From assembly GCA_033762715.1 (NCBI GenBank), contig JANRLL010000001.1:96315-160314 (forward strand): a DNA stretch of 64,000 nucleotides, given 5' to 3'. The stretch is from Rickettsiales bacterium. Lineage in GTDB: Bacteria; Pseudomonadota; Alphaproteobacteria; Rickettsiales; SXRF01. How positions within the stretch are numbered: position 1 is the stretch's first letter; each line of letters opens with the position of its first letter. The notes below the pieces were generated by a model, which saw only the letters and a program-made list of their open reading frames with translations, did no database searches and had not been told where the DNA came from. A program made the position numbers and the translations under genes. This document shows positions 1 to 10,794 of the stretch, in pieces.

Positions 1-1190
<1,190 letters not shown>

Positions 1191-1211
1191 TCAAAGTAGA
1201 TGAGGCGCGTT

Positions 1212-2102
1212 TTACGGTAATATTTCCAGCTCGACAAGCACTGTTTGCTTGTTAGGCAGTGGAATTGTGATCGTGGGCTGATTTCCATGCATGGTTTTTT
1301 GCATGGCTGGCGGTACAATCAGCAGACGCTGCGTGCCTGGAGAGGTTCCCATGACGCCTTGCTCCAACCCCATAAACACCTCAGATTTGCCAGGCGTAAA
1401 GGTGAGGGGAGTTGGCGTGGTATCGTCTTTGGGGTAAAGGCGTTTGCCTTCCATATCCCACATAGTAAGCGCCACCGTAACCGGCATGCCGCAGCTGATG
1501 GTGGCGCCATTGCCACCGCGCTGGGTAAACATGCGGTAAGGCGTATCGCGCGGGGCTGGCAGGGTTGGTTTGGCATCCAGCAACTCGATATCAAACACAA
1601 TTTCCTGATCGCGTGGCATGTCGTCACGTGCGAAACCTTCAGCGCCATAGGTAAGGGCCGGTTGCGCGGCTACGCTGCGTTTGCCTTGCGGCGTCATCCC
1701 CACTATTGCGCGTTCAAAGACGGGCATGACTTTGCCTTCGCCGATACGGTAGGTCAGGGGTTTGTCGGCAGAAACCTGGTCAGGAAGCGAGGTGCCATCG
1801 GCAAGCGAAGTGGTATAGGCGATGCGTACTTCTTGCGCGCAGCCGACCGGCTCTCCATTGCCGGGCTTTACTTCTTTGATCAACAGATCATTTTGCATGG
1901 TGGGAAAGAGTTTGCTTTTAAAGGAGTCATAGCCAAACAATTTCTTCGGATGCAGCTCTTCAGCGGCTTTATCGAGCGCTTTTCGCGGCTCGCCGTCTTT
2001 GTTTTGATTAATAATAATGGCATAGCCGATAAAGCCTAGCAGTAGCCACTTGATCCAAGGAGGCGTTGGCTGTTTTTCTCTTTTTTTGAAGAACAGGCCC
2101 AT
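1212..2102 (-). CDS. Membrane-anchored FKBP-type peptidyl-prolyl cis-trans isomerase with two FKBP-like modules
   Basis: 296-aa ORF with an N-terminal hydrophobic anchor (WLLLGFIGYAIIIN). An FKBP-like module follows (VRIAYTTSLADGTSL...YRIGEGKVMPVFERAIVGMTPQGKR...LTYGAEG), then a second, more divergent copy. Confidence 0.8.
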   Translation of the reverse strand: MGLFFKKREKQPTPPWIKWLLLGFIGYAIIINQNKDGEPRKALDKAAEELHPKKLFGYDSFKSKLFPTMQNDLLIKEVKPGNGEPVGCAQEVRIAYTTSLADGTSLPDQVSADKPLTYRIGEGKVMPVFERAIVGMTPQGKRSVAAQPALTYGAEGFARDDMPRDQEIVFDIELLDAKPTLPAPRDTPYRMFTQRGGNGATISCGMPVTVALTMWDMEGKRLYPKDDTTPTPLTFTPGKSEVFMGLEQGVMGTSPGTQRLLIVPPAMQKTMHGNQPTITIPLPNKQTVLVELEILP

Positions 2103-2117
2103 AGGTGTCAGCGTTGA

Positions 2118-3218
2118 TTAGGTGTTGAAGCGGAAATGTAATACATCCCCGTCTTTTACCACATATTCCTTGCCTTCTAAACGAAATTTTCCAGCTTCTT
2201 TGGCACCTTGCTCACCATTATTGGTAATGTAGTCTAGATAAGCAATGGTCTCAGCGCGGATAAAGCCTTTTTCGAAATCGGTATGGATAACGCCGGCGGC
2301 TTGCGGCGCACTCATACCTTGGATAATGGTCCAGGCACGCGCTTCCTTTGGGCCCACCGTGAAATAGGTGACCAGATCAAGCAGCTTGTAGCCGGCGCGG
2401 ATGATGCGCGCTAGGCCGGTTTCTTCCAGTCCAATCGCCGACAAGAATTCTTGTTTTTCTTCTTGGGTCGCAAGCATTGATATTTCGGATTCGATTTTAG
2501 CCGAGATCACCACGCTGGTAGCGCCGCGTTGTTTAGCCATCTCTTCCACTTTAGCCGAAAGTGCATTGCCTTTGTCGGCACTGCCTTCTTCCACGTTGCA
2601 CACATACATAGCCGGCTTCGAGGTCAGCAGTTGCAATTGCTGAAACAGTTTTCGCTCGGTAGCATCTTTTAACTCGGTATGGCGTGCGGGTTTGCCCTCC
2701 GACACCACTTTGAGCGCACGTTCGATCAGCTCAAGTTGGGCCGCGATTTCTTTATCTTGCTTGGCTTTTTTCTGCAGCGTAGGAATGCGCTTCTCTAAGC
2801 TTTCCATATCAGCCAGCACCAGCTCGGTTTCAATAATATCCGCATCGCGCAGCGGATCGATCGAACCTTCCACGTGGGTGATATCGCCATCTTCGAAGCA
2901 GCGCAGCACATACATAATCGCGTCAACTTCGCGGATATGCGCCAGGAACTGGTTGCCTAGCCCTTCGCCTTTGCTGGCGCCACGCACCAAACCTGCAATA
3001 TCGACAAACTCCAGTTGGGTAGGAATAATTTGCGCCGAGCCTGCGATTTTAGCGAGCTTATCCAAGCGGTCATCGGGCACGCCCACGCGGCCGACATTGG
3101 GCTCAATCGTGCAAAACGGATAGTTGGCTGCTTCTGCCTGCATGGTAGAAAGCAATGCATTGAATAAAGTTGATTTGCCGACGTTAGGCAGTCCGACGAT
3201 GCCACATTTAAAACCCAT
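2118..3218 (-). CDS. ychF: Ribosome-binding ATPase YchF
   Basis: 366 aa. P-loop GIVGLPNVGKSTLFNAL and the typical C-terminal VVKDGDVLHFRFN. Confidence 0.95.
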   Translation of the reverse strand: MGFKCGIVGLPNVGKSTLFNALLSTMQAEAANYPFCTIEPNVGRVGVPDDRLDKLAKIAGSAQIIPTQLEFVDIAGLVRGASKGEGLGNQFLAHIREVDAIMYVLRCFEDGDITHVEGSIDPLRDADIIETELVLADMESLEKRIPTLQKKAKQDKEIAAQLELIERALKVVSEGKPARHTELKDATERKLFQQLQLLTSKPAMYVCNVEEGSADKGNALSAKVEEMAKQRGATSVVISAKIESEISMLATQEEKQEFLSAIGLEETGLARIIRAGYKLLDLVTYFTVGPKEARAWTIIQGMSAPQAAGVIHTDFEKGFIRAETIAYLDYITNNGEQGAKEAGKFRLEGKEYVVKDGDVLHFRFNT

Positions 3219-3220
3219 TC

Positions 3221-3658
3221 TTAATCCTTAATGCCTTCGGCAAGTATTTGGTTGATATTCGTTTTGCGTAGTTGAGGGCGGTTTTGTAGGTAATACACTA
3301 AAAGCAACGCATAGATGCATATACCGGCTACCACCATATAGATGATGTTTTGAGTAGTCAGCAAGAGTAACAATACAAAGGTTGAGCTGATGACATGCGC
3401 TAGGCGCGGTACACCGGAGATCATATCCGGCTCGATATAGGCATCGACTACGCCTTTTTTCCCCATCGTATTGACATACTCTTCAAACGTCATTTTATGT
3501 TTGCCGGTGGGCAGTGCAATCTGTTGCTGGATGATGTGAAACACCTGTTCTTCTTCAGGGGTAAGCATATCAATATCGCGCAGATCCTGCGTTGTTTGCG
3601 TAGATTCAAGCGCTACCAGGCGCTGAAACTTTTTTTCGAGCTTGGTTTTCTTTCTCAT
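3221..3658 (-). CDS. Hypothetical small membrane protein (polar N-terminus, two C-terminal hydrophobic helices)
   Basis: 145-aa ORF. Its ATG overlaps the pth stop (ATGA at 3655-3658) and it ends 3 nt before ychF. Hydrophobic stretches are SSTFVLLLLLTT and IIYMVVAGICIYALLLVYY. I recognise no family. Confidence 0.6.
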   Translation of the reverse strand: MRKKTKLEKKFQRLVALESTQTTQDLRDIDMLTPEEEQVFHIIQQQIALPTGKHKMTFEEYVNTMGKKGVVDAYIEPDMISGVPRLAHVISSTFVLLLLLTTQNIIYMVVAGICIYALLLVYYLQNRPQLRKTNINQILAEGIKD

Positions 3659-4242
3659 GAAGCGACGTCTTTCATCGTCAGCGCGATCTTATTCATAAAT
3701 CCCGCCTCGTCGCCATCCAGTAATACTATGATATGCCGTGTGATGTCTTGCACCAGTGTTTCCACTGTTGCACGCTCAGCCTTGGCAAAATCGGACAGCA
3801 CATAATCAGCAACGCGGTCTTTGTCGCCAGGATGGCCAATGCCGATGCGCACACGCTGGTAGTCTTTGCCCAGCTGTGCATCCAGGCTTTTAAGGCCGTT
3901 ATGCCCGCCGTGACCGCCGCCGCGCTTGGCGCGCAATTTACCCAGCGGCAGATCCAGCTCATCATGAAATGCGGTAACGCGTTCGACCGGTATTTTATAG
4001 AAGCGCGCGGCTTTTTGCGTGGGTTCACCCGAGAGGTTCATGTAGCTCAGTGGTTTAAACAACAGCACTTTGTGGGTGTTGATTTGCCCTTCGCAGATCA
4101 TGCCGCCAAAGGCTTTTTTCCAAGCGTTGAATCGGTACTGATCGGCAAGCGCATCTACAACCATAAAGCCAATATTATGGCGGTTTTGCGCATAGTCTTT
4201 GCCGGGATTGCCCAGCCCTACCAAGAGTTGAGGCGCTGTCAT
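3655..4242 (-). CDS. pth: Peptidyl-tRNA hydrolase
   Basis: Motif LLVGLGNPGKDYAQNRHNIGF. I chose the start at Met29 of the track ORF (ATG 4242) because Pth normally starts a few residues before LxVGLGNPG. The longer start at 4326 cannot be excluded. Confidence 0.9.
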   Translation of the reverse strand: MTAPQLLVGLGNPGKDYAQNRHNIGFMVVDALADQYRFNAWKKAFGGMICEGQINTHKVLLFKPLSYMNLSGEPTQKAARFYKIPVERVTAFHDELDLPLGKLRAKRGGGHGGHNGLKSLDAQLGKDYQRVRIGIGHPGDKDRVADYVLSDFAKAERATVETLVQDITRHIIVLLDGDEAGFMNKIALTMKDVAS

Positions 4243-4344
4243 GGGGTTCAGGCCATCATCCTGGGTATCACGCGGTGAGTCTTTCCTTGAAAAAAGACCC
4301 ACCATGCGTGACCAAAGATTGCCCATAACCTAACAAAGAAATGA

Positions 4345-5037
4345 CTATTTCTTCGCAGCTGGTTTCGCGTCTTCTTTTTTCGCATCGGCAGCAGGAGCAG
4401 CCGCAGCGCCAGCAGCAGGAGCAGCCGCAGCAGTAGCCGCCACAGCAGCTGGTTCTTCTTCTTTCGTACGACCAGCAATGGTTGCAACGGTGAAGTTACG
4501 TTTAATAACGGGTGTAACATCTTTTGGCAGCGCGATGCTTTCGATATGCACGCTGTCACCGATGTTCATCTCTTGCAGATTCACTTCGATATGTTGCGGA
4601 ATGGCTTCTGCTGGGCAGATAAATTCGATTTCGTGACGTACAACGTTGAGTACACCGCCACGTTTCAGACCCAGCGATTTATCTTGGCCAACGAATTTAA
4701 CGGGCACCATTACGCGGATTTGCGAGCCAGGCTCTACGCGGATGAAATCCACATGTTCAATCACATCGGTTACTGGATGGAATTGCAGATCTTTTGGCAG
4801 GGCTTTCACCACGTCTTTGCCACCCAATTTGATGTCGATCAAACGGCTGCGGAAACGGCCACGTTGATATTCTTGCGTCACATCGGTTTGTTTCAAAGCG
4901 ATCGAAACAGGCGTGCCGGTTTTGCTATATAAAATAGCAGGAATTTTGCCTTCACGGCGTAATGCACGAGCAGGGCCTTTTCCGTGGGTTTCACGTAGCT
5001 CTGCGCTTAGGGTAGCATTTTGTTTAGCGTTAGTCAT
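4345..5037 (-). CDS. rplY: 50S ribosomal protein L25 / general stress protein Ctc form, with an Ala/Lys-rich C-terminal tail
   Basis: 230 aa. N-terminus LSAELRETHGKGPARALRREGKIPAILY. Sits in the conserved neighbourhood prs-rplY-pth-ychF. Confidence 0.93.
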   Translation of the reverse strand: MTNAKQNATLSAELRETHGKGPARALRREGKIPAILYSKTGTPVSIALKQTDVTQEYQRGRFRSRLIDIKLGGKDVVKALPKDLQFHPVTDVIEHVDFIRVEPGSQIRVMVPVKFVGQDKSLGLKRGGVLNVVRHEIEFICPAEAIPQHIEVNLQEMNIGDSVHIESIALPKDVTPVIKRNFTVATIAGRTKEEEPAAVAATAAAAPAAGAAAAPAADAKKEDAKPAAKK

Positions 5038-5063
5038 AGTAATACTCCTTTTAAAATCACTTA

Positions 5064-5999
5064 TTAATCAAATAAACTTGAGACGCTGGTTTCGTCGCTG
5101 ATGCGCTTGATGGCTTCACCCAGCAGCGCTGCAACAGAAACAATACGAATTTTCGGGGACGCTTTAACTTCGTCGGTCGTCATGATGGTATCGGTGGTGA
5201 CCAGTGAGGTCAGGCTCGATTTAGCAATGCGCTCCAATGCAGCGCCCGACAATACGCCGTGGCTGACATAGGCGGCAACCGAGGAGGCGCCATTGTTTTT
5301 CAGCGCTTCAGCGGCATTGCATAAGGTGCCGGCGGAATCAACGATATCATCCACCAGGATACAATCGCGGCCATCGACTTCACCGATGATGTTCATCACT
5401 TCTGAATGACCTGCTTTTTCGCGGCGTTTATCAACGATGGCAAGTTCGGCGCCAACACGCTTAGCCAGAGCACGCGCACGCACCACACCACCCACGTCGG
5501 GTGATACGATCACCAGCCGGCTGGCATCTTTATAATGCTCTTTAATATCTTGCACTAATACGGGTGCGGCAAATAAATGGTCGAGCGGGATATCGAAGAA
5601 GCCTTGAATTTGTCCCGCATGCAAATCAACCGTAAGCACGCGGTTCGCACCGGCGGCGGTAATGATATTGGCAACGAGCTTAGCGGAAATCGGAGTGCGC
5701 GAACCCATTTTGCGGTCTTGGCGCGCATAGCCGAAATAGGGAACGACGGCCGTTACACGTTTGGCCGAAGCACGTTTGAGCGCATCCAGGCACACCAGCA
5801 ACTCCATAATATGGTCGTTAGCAGGATAAGAGGTGGATTGTACGATAAACACATCCTCGCCGCGCACGTTCTCATGGATCTCAACAAACACTTCTTGGTC
5901 AGCAAATCGTTTCACGCTGGCGTTAGTCAGCGGTACGCCCAGATAGTTTGCCATTGATTGAGCCAATGGAATATTGCTATTGCAGGCCAGTATTTTCAT
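5064..5999 (-). CDS. prs: Ribose-phosphate pyrophosphokinase
   Basis: Motifs [16 protein letters not shown] and [13 protein letters not shown]. Start placed at MKILACNSN (ATG 5999), not at the 16-codon upstream extension of the track ORF. Confidence 0.95.
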   Translation of the reverse strand: MKILACNSNIPLAQSMANYLGVPLTNASVKRFADQEVFVEIHENVRGEDVFIVQSTSYPANDHIMELLVCLDALKRASAKRVTAVVPYFGYARQDRKMGSRTPISAKLVANIITAAGANRVLTVDLHAGQIQGFFDIPLDHLFAAPVLVQDIKEHYKDASRLVIVSPDVGGVVRARALAKRVGAELAIVDKRREKAGHSEVMNIIGEVDGRDCILVDDIVDSAGTLCNAAEALKNNGASSVAAYVSHGVLSGAALERIAKSSLTSLVTTDTIMTTDEVKASPKIRIVSVAALLGEAIKRISDETSVSSLFD

Positions 6000-6140
6000 A
6001 GTGCACTCATGCCCAATTTTAAGACGACAGCCCACCTTCATTCGCATTGCTCCGAATGAAAACGCCGGCTGTTAGGCCCGGTCGCCGCCTGTTGTGGATA
6101 AGGGGCGCAACCTAACTATATTTATAAGGAAAGTAAAGTG

Positions 6141-7862
6141 CTAATTCGGCGCTGATACTTCTTTTTCGGCTGAGCGGGTCAGCATATAGTCTTCGGCGCG
6201 GAACATATCGATAATCCTCGATATTTCGTACTCGTTAACGGCCAGGGCTTTGAGCAAAGCACCGCCCATTTGCAGGCTGACTTCAAACATTTCCGCCACT
6301 GCTAGATCGGCGCCCGCTTTTTCAAGCTTCTGTACTTGTTCAATATTTTTGGCGCGGGCGATAATCGGCAACTCAGGGTTGATTTCACGGATGGTTGCTA
6401 TGGTTTGCAGCGCCACACGCGTATCGTTATGGGTGATAATCAGCGCTCTGGCGCGATTGATACCGAGCGCATTGAGCACATGCACTCGCGCCGTATCACC
6501 GAAATAAACAGGAATGCCGTTTTTACGTTCTTTTGCCACCAGGAAGGAATCCATATCAATGGCAACATAGTTGATATTTTCACTTTCCAACAGACGTGCC
6601 ACGGTATGACCCACACGACCAAAGCCGCTGATGATGACATGGTTGCTGAGATCAAGTGTTTCTTCCACGATGTCGCTGGGATTGGTGATGGTGTTTTTCT
6701 CAAGCATCAAGGAGAGGCGCTTACCCAAGCTTGCAATCATAGGGGTGAGGGCCATGCTGATGGTAATCACCACCAGTAAGATTTGCGAAAGTTGATGATC
6801 GAGCAGACCTTTTGTGTCGGCGAGGGTGAAAAGCACAAAACCAAATTCACTGCCTTGTGACAGCAGCAAGCCTACATGCAGCGCGGTGCCCATGCTAAAA
6901 TCGAATATGCGTCCCAGCGCGATGATGATGATTGCTTTGCATGCCATCAGTGCAATGGTCAAGCCGATGATGCTCATAAAACTATTTAATAGGGTGTCGA
7001 GATTGAGCGACATGCCGACCGTCATGAAGAAAAGACCGAGGAAGAGCCCTTTAAATGGCAATATATCGGCTTCCACCTGTGTTTTGAACTCGGTCTCAGC
7101 TACGAGCAATCCCGCCATAAACGCACCGAGCGCAGGCGAAAGCCCTGCATAATGCGTCAGCGCGGAGACGCCGAGTACAACAAACAAAGTCGTAGCGGTG
7201 AATAGTTCGGTGTGATCGAGCGAAGCGATAAAGCGAAAAAGTGGACGCAGTAAAAAATGCCCGGCGATAAAAATAGTTGCGATACAAAGCGAGGCTTTAA
7301 TCACCACATCTCCGATAATCTCGATTAAGGGGCGCTGCTCCTCACCGCTGCCTACAATAGAGACGAATACTAAAAGTGGGATAACGGCGAGATCTTGCAA
7401 GATAAGAACAGCTAAGGCCAAGCGGCCTACGCGTGATGCCTTTTCGCCTTGTTCATTGATCACCTGTAATACGATAGCGGTGGAAGATAGCGCAAGTCCG
7501 CCAGCAATGATGATGGCTGATTGTTGATCGCTAATGCCTGAGGCAAAGAACAAGGTAAAGGCGCCAATCGTTATGATAAGTTGTGCGCCGCCGAAACCGA
7601 ATACATGGGTGCGCATGCTGCGCAGACGTTCGAGCGACAACTCAAGGCCGATCAAAAACAAGAGGAAGATAATACCGAATTCGGCAAAGCCCGCTGTGGT
7701 GGTCGTATCACGAATAAATGAAAAGCCAAACGGGCCGATAATGGTGCCAGCCGCCAGATAGCCGAGTACAGGGCTCAGGCGTATCGCGCGAAATATCGCA
7801 ACAATAAGCACTGCAGCGCACAGTAAAATAACAGCTTCTAATAGTTGGTTGGCAGCGTGCAT
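6141..7862 (-). CDS. Monovalent cation:proton antiporter-2 (CPA2) family K+ efflux protein, KefB/KefC-like, with a C-terminal TrkA-N domain
   Basis: 573 aa. About 12 hydrophobic helices followed by a Rossmann-type motif, HVIISGFGRVGHTVARLL. Confidence 0.9.
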   Translation of the reverse strand: MHAANQLLEAVILLCAAVLIVAIFRAIRLSPVLGYLAAGTIIGPFGFSFIRDTTTTAGFAEFGIIFLLFLIGLELSLERLRSMRTHVFGFGGAQLIITIGAFTLFFASGISDQQSAIIIAGGLALSSTAIVLQVINEQGEKASRVGRLALAVLILQDLAVIPLLVFVSIVGSGEEQRPLIEIIGDVVIKASLCIATIFIAGHFLLRPLFRFIASLDHTELFTATTLFVVLGVSALTHYAGLSPALGAFMAGLLVAETEFKTQVEADILPFKGLFLGLFFMTVGMSLNLDTLLNSFMSIIGLTIALMACKAIIIIALGRIFDFSMGTALHVGLLLSQGSEFGFVLFTLADTKGLLDHQLSQILLVVITISMALTPMIASLGKRLSLMLEKNTITNPSDIVEETLDLSNHVIISGFGRVGHTVARLLESENINYVAIDMDSFLVAKERKNGIPVYFGDTARVHVLNALGINRARALIITHNDTRVALQTIATIREINPELPIIARAKNIEQVQKLEKAGADLAVAEMFEVSLQMGGALLKALAVNEYEISRIIDMFRAEDYMLTRSAEKEVSAPN

Positions 7863-8313
7863 AATATGGTAGTTGGTCTATGAGGTGGTGGGTATAAAAC
7901 ACCACTTGTCTATCCGATGCAAAGCCTCTTTTTATGAATGTCAGTACGATGCATTTTGTAGCTACAAAATGGTTGTTAGTGATCGACATAAAAATATAGA
8001 ATGGCGTATAGTGAGGTAGAAATAGGGCGTACTGCTTACTATATTAGTAGATAAGAAAAGATGCTTTTATCGCTAGGCAATATTTGCCCAGATAGAGATG
8101 TTCGGTAATTTTTGATGCGCTCTTTGTACACAGTTTGAAAGCGATTGTCACATAAAGTAAAGGATTCATTAATTGGCGAGTATTGGCAATCAATAACTCT
8201 TATTATATATATAAAATTCAATATGTTAATAATATGCCCATTTTTTAGGCAAGTAGGATTGACACTAGGGTTAACCTGATTTAGATGAAAAATTGATGGG
8301 TATATCCTCAGAG

Positions 8314-8337
8314 TTATCCACAGAAATAGTGGATTAT
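8314..8337. promoter_or_regulatory. Inverted pair of DnaA-box-like 9-mers (perfect TTATCCACA plus TAATCCACT on the other strand)
   Basis: TTATCCACA lies at 8314-8322. The reverse complement of 8328-8337 reads ATAATCCACT. Together they form the palindrome ATCCAC-N7-GTGGAT, 46-69 nt upstream of the uvrC ATG. Confidence 0.35.
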
Positions 8338-8382
8338 TTTGAGCCATTGAAATTACTATAAAAAATACTTTAGACTAGATTT

Positions 8383-10233
8383 ATGTCCGATAATTCACTG
8401 TCCCTGCAAACAGGACGCACCATTATTCAACGTTATGTGGAGACGATGCCGCATACCCCTGGGGTGTATCGGATGATCGATCACGCGGGCAACGTGCTCT
8501 ATGTTGGAAAAGCAAAAAGTTTGAAGAACAGAGCGTCGTCCTATTTGAATGTAGGAGCATTGAACGCACGCTTGCAACGAATGGTGTCTCAGACCGCATC
8601 GATGGAGATTATCACTACGCGTTCTGAAGCAGAGGCATTATTGCTGGAAGCCAACCTAGTTAAAAAATTTGCTCCGCGCTACAACATTCTTCTGAAAGAT
8701 GACAAATCATTTCCTTACATCTTTTTGTCAGGTGATCACGAATATCCTTGCATCACCAAACATCGCGGTCCTAAAACCAAAAAGGGAAAATATTATGGGC
8801 CATTCGTATCGGCTGGCGCGGTGAATGAAACCCTCGCTATCCTGCAGAAAGCCTTCTTGCTCAGGCCGTGTTCGGATAGCGTATTTAATAGCCGTACGCG
8901 TCCGTGCCTGCAGTATCAGATCAAGCGCTGCAGCGCGCCTTGCGTCAATAAAATTAGCAAAGAAGATTATGCTGAGTTGGTAGAGCAGGCGCAGGCGTTT
9001 CTGTCTGGAAAGAATCAAGAAATTCAGCAAGAGTTGATCGAAGAAATGCAGACCTACAGCTTGCAGATGAATTATGAAAAGGCGCGTATCATACGCGATC
9101 GTATTCGTGCGCTTACCACCGTTCAGCAGCAGCATGATTTGGATAATGAAGCGGTGGGGAATGTGGATATATTCGTGTTAGCGCGCGAAGGCATGCAATG
9201 TTGCATTCAGCTATTTTCGGTTCGCGCTGGACGCAATTATGGTAACCGTTCCTGGTTTCCCACTCATTCAGAGGATTATAGCGATAGCGAAATCCTAGAG
9301 ACGTTCATTGCGCAATTCTACCAAACGCAGCTGCCGCCACAAACCATCCTGGTCAATGCGGTGATACATGAAGTCAGCTTGCTTGAAGAAGCATTGCAAT
9401 TACAAGCACAGTATAAAGTAGAGATTGTTCAACCATTACGTGGTGAGAAGCGTAAATTATTAGATCAGGCGCTGGTGAATGCACGCCAGGCCCTTATTCG
9501 CCATATGACGATGAGCGCCACTCAGCAAGAGGTGCTAGCATCGCTACAGAGCTTGTTCGGCTTAGAAGACGCACCGCAGCGCATAGAAGTCTATGATAAC
9601 AGTCATATCAGTGGGGTCCATGCAACGGGTGCGATGATTGTTGCGGGACCGGATGGCTTCATAAAATCAGAGTATCGCAAATTTAACATCAAAGATGAAA
9701 GCACGGTGCCTGGCGATGATTACGCTATGATGCGTGAAGTATTGATGCGCCGCTTTAAGCGACTAGAAGGTGAAGCTGGGGCCGTACCAGATCTGGTGCT
9801 GATTGACGGTGGCGCAGGTCAGCTTTCGACAGCGATGGCGGTATTCGAAGAGTTAGGCGTACAAAATATTGCGTTGGTTGCTATTGCTAAAGGACCGGAT
9901 CGCAATGCGGGCAGGGAACAATTCTTCATGCCAGGCAAAGCACCGTTCCAATTACCAATGGATGATGCTGCACTCCATTATTTGCAGCGCTTACGCGATG
10001 AAGCGCATCGTTTCGCCATCGGCACCCATCGCAATAAGCGTAGTAAATCGATGCAAGTCTCCGAGTTGGATCAAATCCCAGGCATTGGCTCTGTTCGCAA
10101 GAAAGCGCTGCTAATGCATTTCGGTTCGGCCAAAGCCGTGGCAGCTGCCAGTGTGGAGGAGATTGCCAAGGTGGAAAATATAAACCGTGTGACGGCTGAA
10201 ATGATCTTTGCCCATTTTCACGGTGAGGCCTAA
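8383..10233 (+). CDS. uvrC: Excinuclease ABC subunit C
   Basis: 616 aa. GIY-YIG motif PGVYRMIDHAGNVLYVGKAKSLKNR and a C-terminal (HhH)2 region. Confidence 0.95.
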   Translation: MSDNSLSLQTGRTIIQRYVETMPHTPGVYRMIDHAGNVLYVGKAKSLKNRASSYLNVGALNARLQRMVSQTASMEIITTRSEAEALLLEANLVKKFAPRYNILLKDDKSFPYIFLSGDHEYPCITKHRGPKTKKGKYYGPFVSAGAVNETLAILQKAFLLRPCSDSVFNSRTRPCLQYQIKRCSAPCVNKISKEDYAELVEQAQAFLSGKNQEIQQELIEEMQTYSLQMNYEKARIIRDRIRALTTVQQQHDLDNEAVGNVDIFVLAREGMQCCIQLFSVRAGRNYGNRSWFPTHSEDYSDSEILETFIAQFYQTQLPPQTILVNAVIHEVSLLEEALQLQAQYKVEIVQPLRGEKRKLLDQALVNARQALIRHMTMSATQQEVLASLQSLFGLEDAPQRIEVYDNSHISGVHATGAMIVAGPDGFIKSEYRKFNIKDESTVPGDDYAMMREVLMRRFKRLEGEAGAVPDLVLIDGGAGQLSTAMAVFEELGVQNIALVAIAKGPDRNAGREQFFMPGKAPFQLPMDDAALHYLQRLRDEAHRFAIGTHRNKRSKSMQVSELDQIPGIGSVRKKALLMHFGSAKAVAAASVEEIAKVENINRVTAEMIFAHFHGEA

Positions 10234-10236
10234 CAT

Positions 10237-10266
10237 AAAAAAAGGGAGCCCAAAGGCTCCCTTTTT
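10237..10266. terminator. Bidirectional intrinsic terminator between convergent uvrC and the phasin gene
   Basis: A-run, stem GGGAGCC (10244-10250), loop CAAA, stem GGCTCCC (10255-10261), then T-run 10262-10266. Confidence 0.7.
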
Positions 10267-10284
10267 ATTCAATCAATCTAACAA

Positions 10285-10707
10285 TTATTGTTTGTTCGAT
10301 TTTTTAGCAGCAGGTGCTTGACCAGCAGCTTTGCTGATTTCAGCCAGGCTTTCAGCAGCGCGTTGATTCAAGATATCAAAGGCTTCGAAGCTTGATTTGG
10401 TAGCGGTTTCTACGATTTCACGGATGTTAGCCAGCGTGTTTTCGAAGATCGATTTAGCCAGATCGCTTTGTTTAGCAAGGCTAGCTTCTGGGGTGTTGCC
10501 CGACAGAATGTCTTTCGATGCTTTCAAAATGCTTTCTACGTTGTCACGAGCTACTTCAGCTTGACGGCGAGAGATAGCTTGCGCGCTTTCAACCACGGTT
10601 TGGTTAACAGCCGAAACGGTTTCGATGTTGCGGCGTTGGGTAGAAAACAATTGGTTCAGATCCAACGAGTTTTTGAAAAAGTCAGAAAATGCAAAATTGG
10701 TACTCAT
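10285..10707 (-). CDS. Phasin family (PHA granule-associated) protein
   Basis: MSTNFAFSDFFKNSLDLNQLFSTQRRNIETVSAVNQ... It is all-helical with a typical phasin N-terminus and an Ala/Lys tail. Start placed at ATG 10707, which is Met38 of the track ORF. Confidence 0.8.
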   Translation of the reverse strand: MSTNFAFSDFFKNSLDLNQLFSTQRRNIETVSAVNQTVVESAQAISRRQAEVARDNVESILKASKDILSGNTPEASLAKQSDLAKSIFENTLANIREIVETATKSSFEAFDILNQRAAESLAEISKAAGQAPAAKKSNKQ

Positions 10708-10794
10708 AAATATTCTCCTATATGTTGTCTTCTGTAGTCGATTAACAGAATCGGGCACATCATGGGATATTAGAGGTGAGAAGTCAAGATTTTT

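Noticed and set aside
1245-2039. Long antisense ORFs inside well-supported genes. Examples are 1245-2039 in the FKBP gene, 26256-27167 in purL, 55582-56574 in ftsZ, 53047-53775 in ftsQ, 40826-41416 in ftsI, 59537-60142 in recN and 50136-50777 in murC.
   Set aside because: Each lies fully within a gene whose product has unmistakable conserved motifs on the other strand. Their translations are compositionally biased (Arg/His/Ser/Cys) and motif-free.
8039-8347. A 102-aa ORF inside the AT-rich kefB-uvrC gap.
   Set aside because: Its Ile/Asn/Leu-rich sequence is typical of AT-rich non-coding DNA. It would overlap the DnaA-box palindrome and the uvrC promoter region, and it has no SD.
7863-8382. 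Calling this gap the chromosomal origin (oriC).
   Set aside because: I found only one perfect and one imperfect DnaA box. There is no typical origin-neighbour gene (hemE, dnaA, dnaN or parAB), and I cannot compute GC skew. I kept it only as a lower-interest observation.
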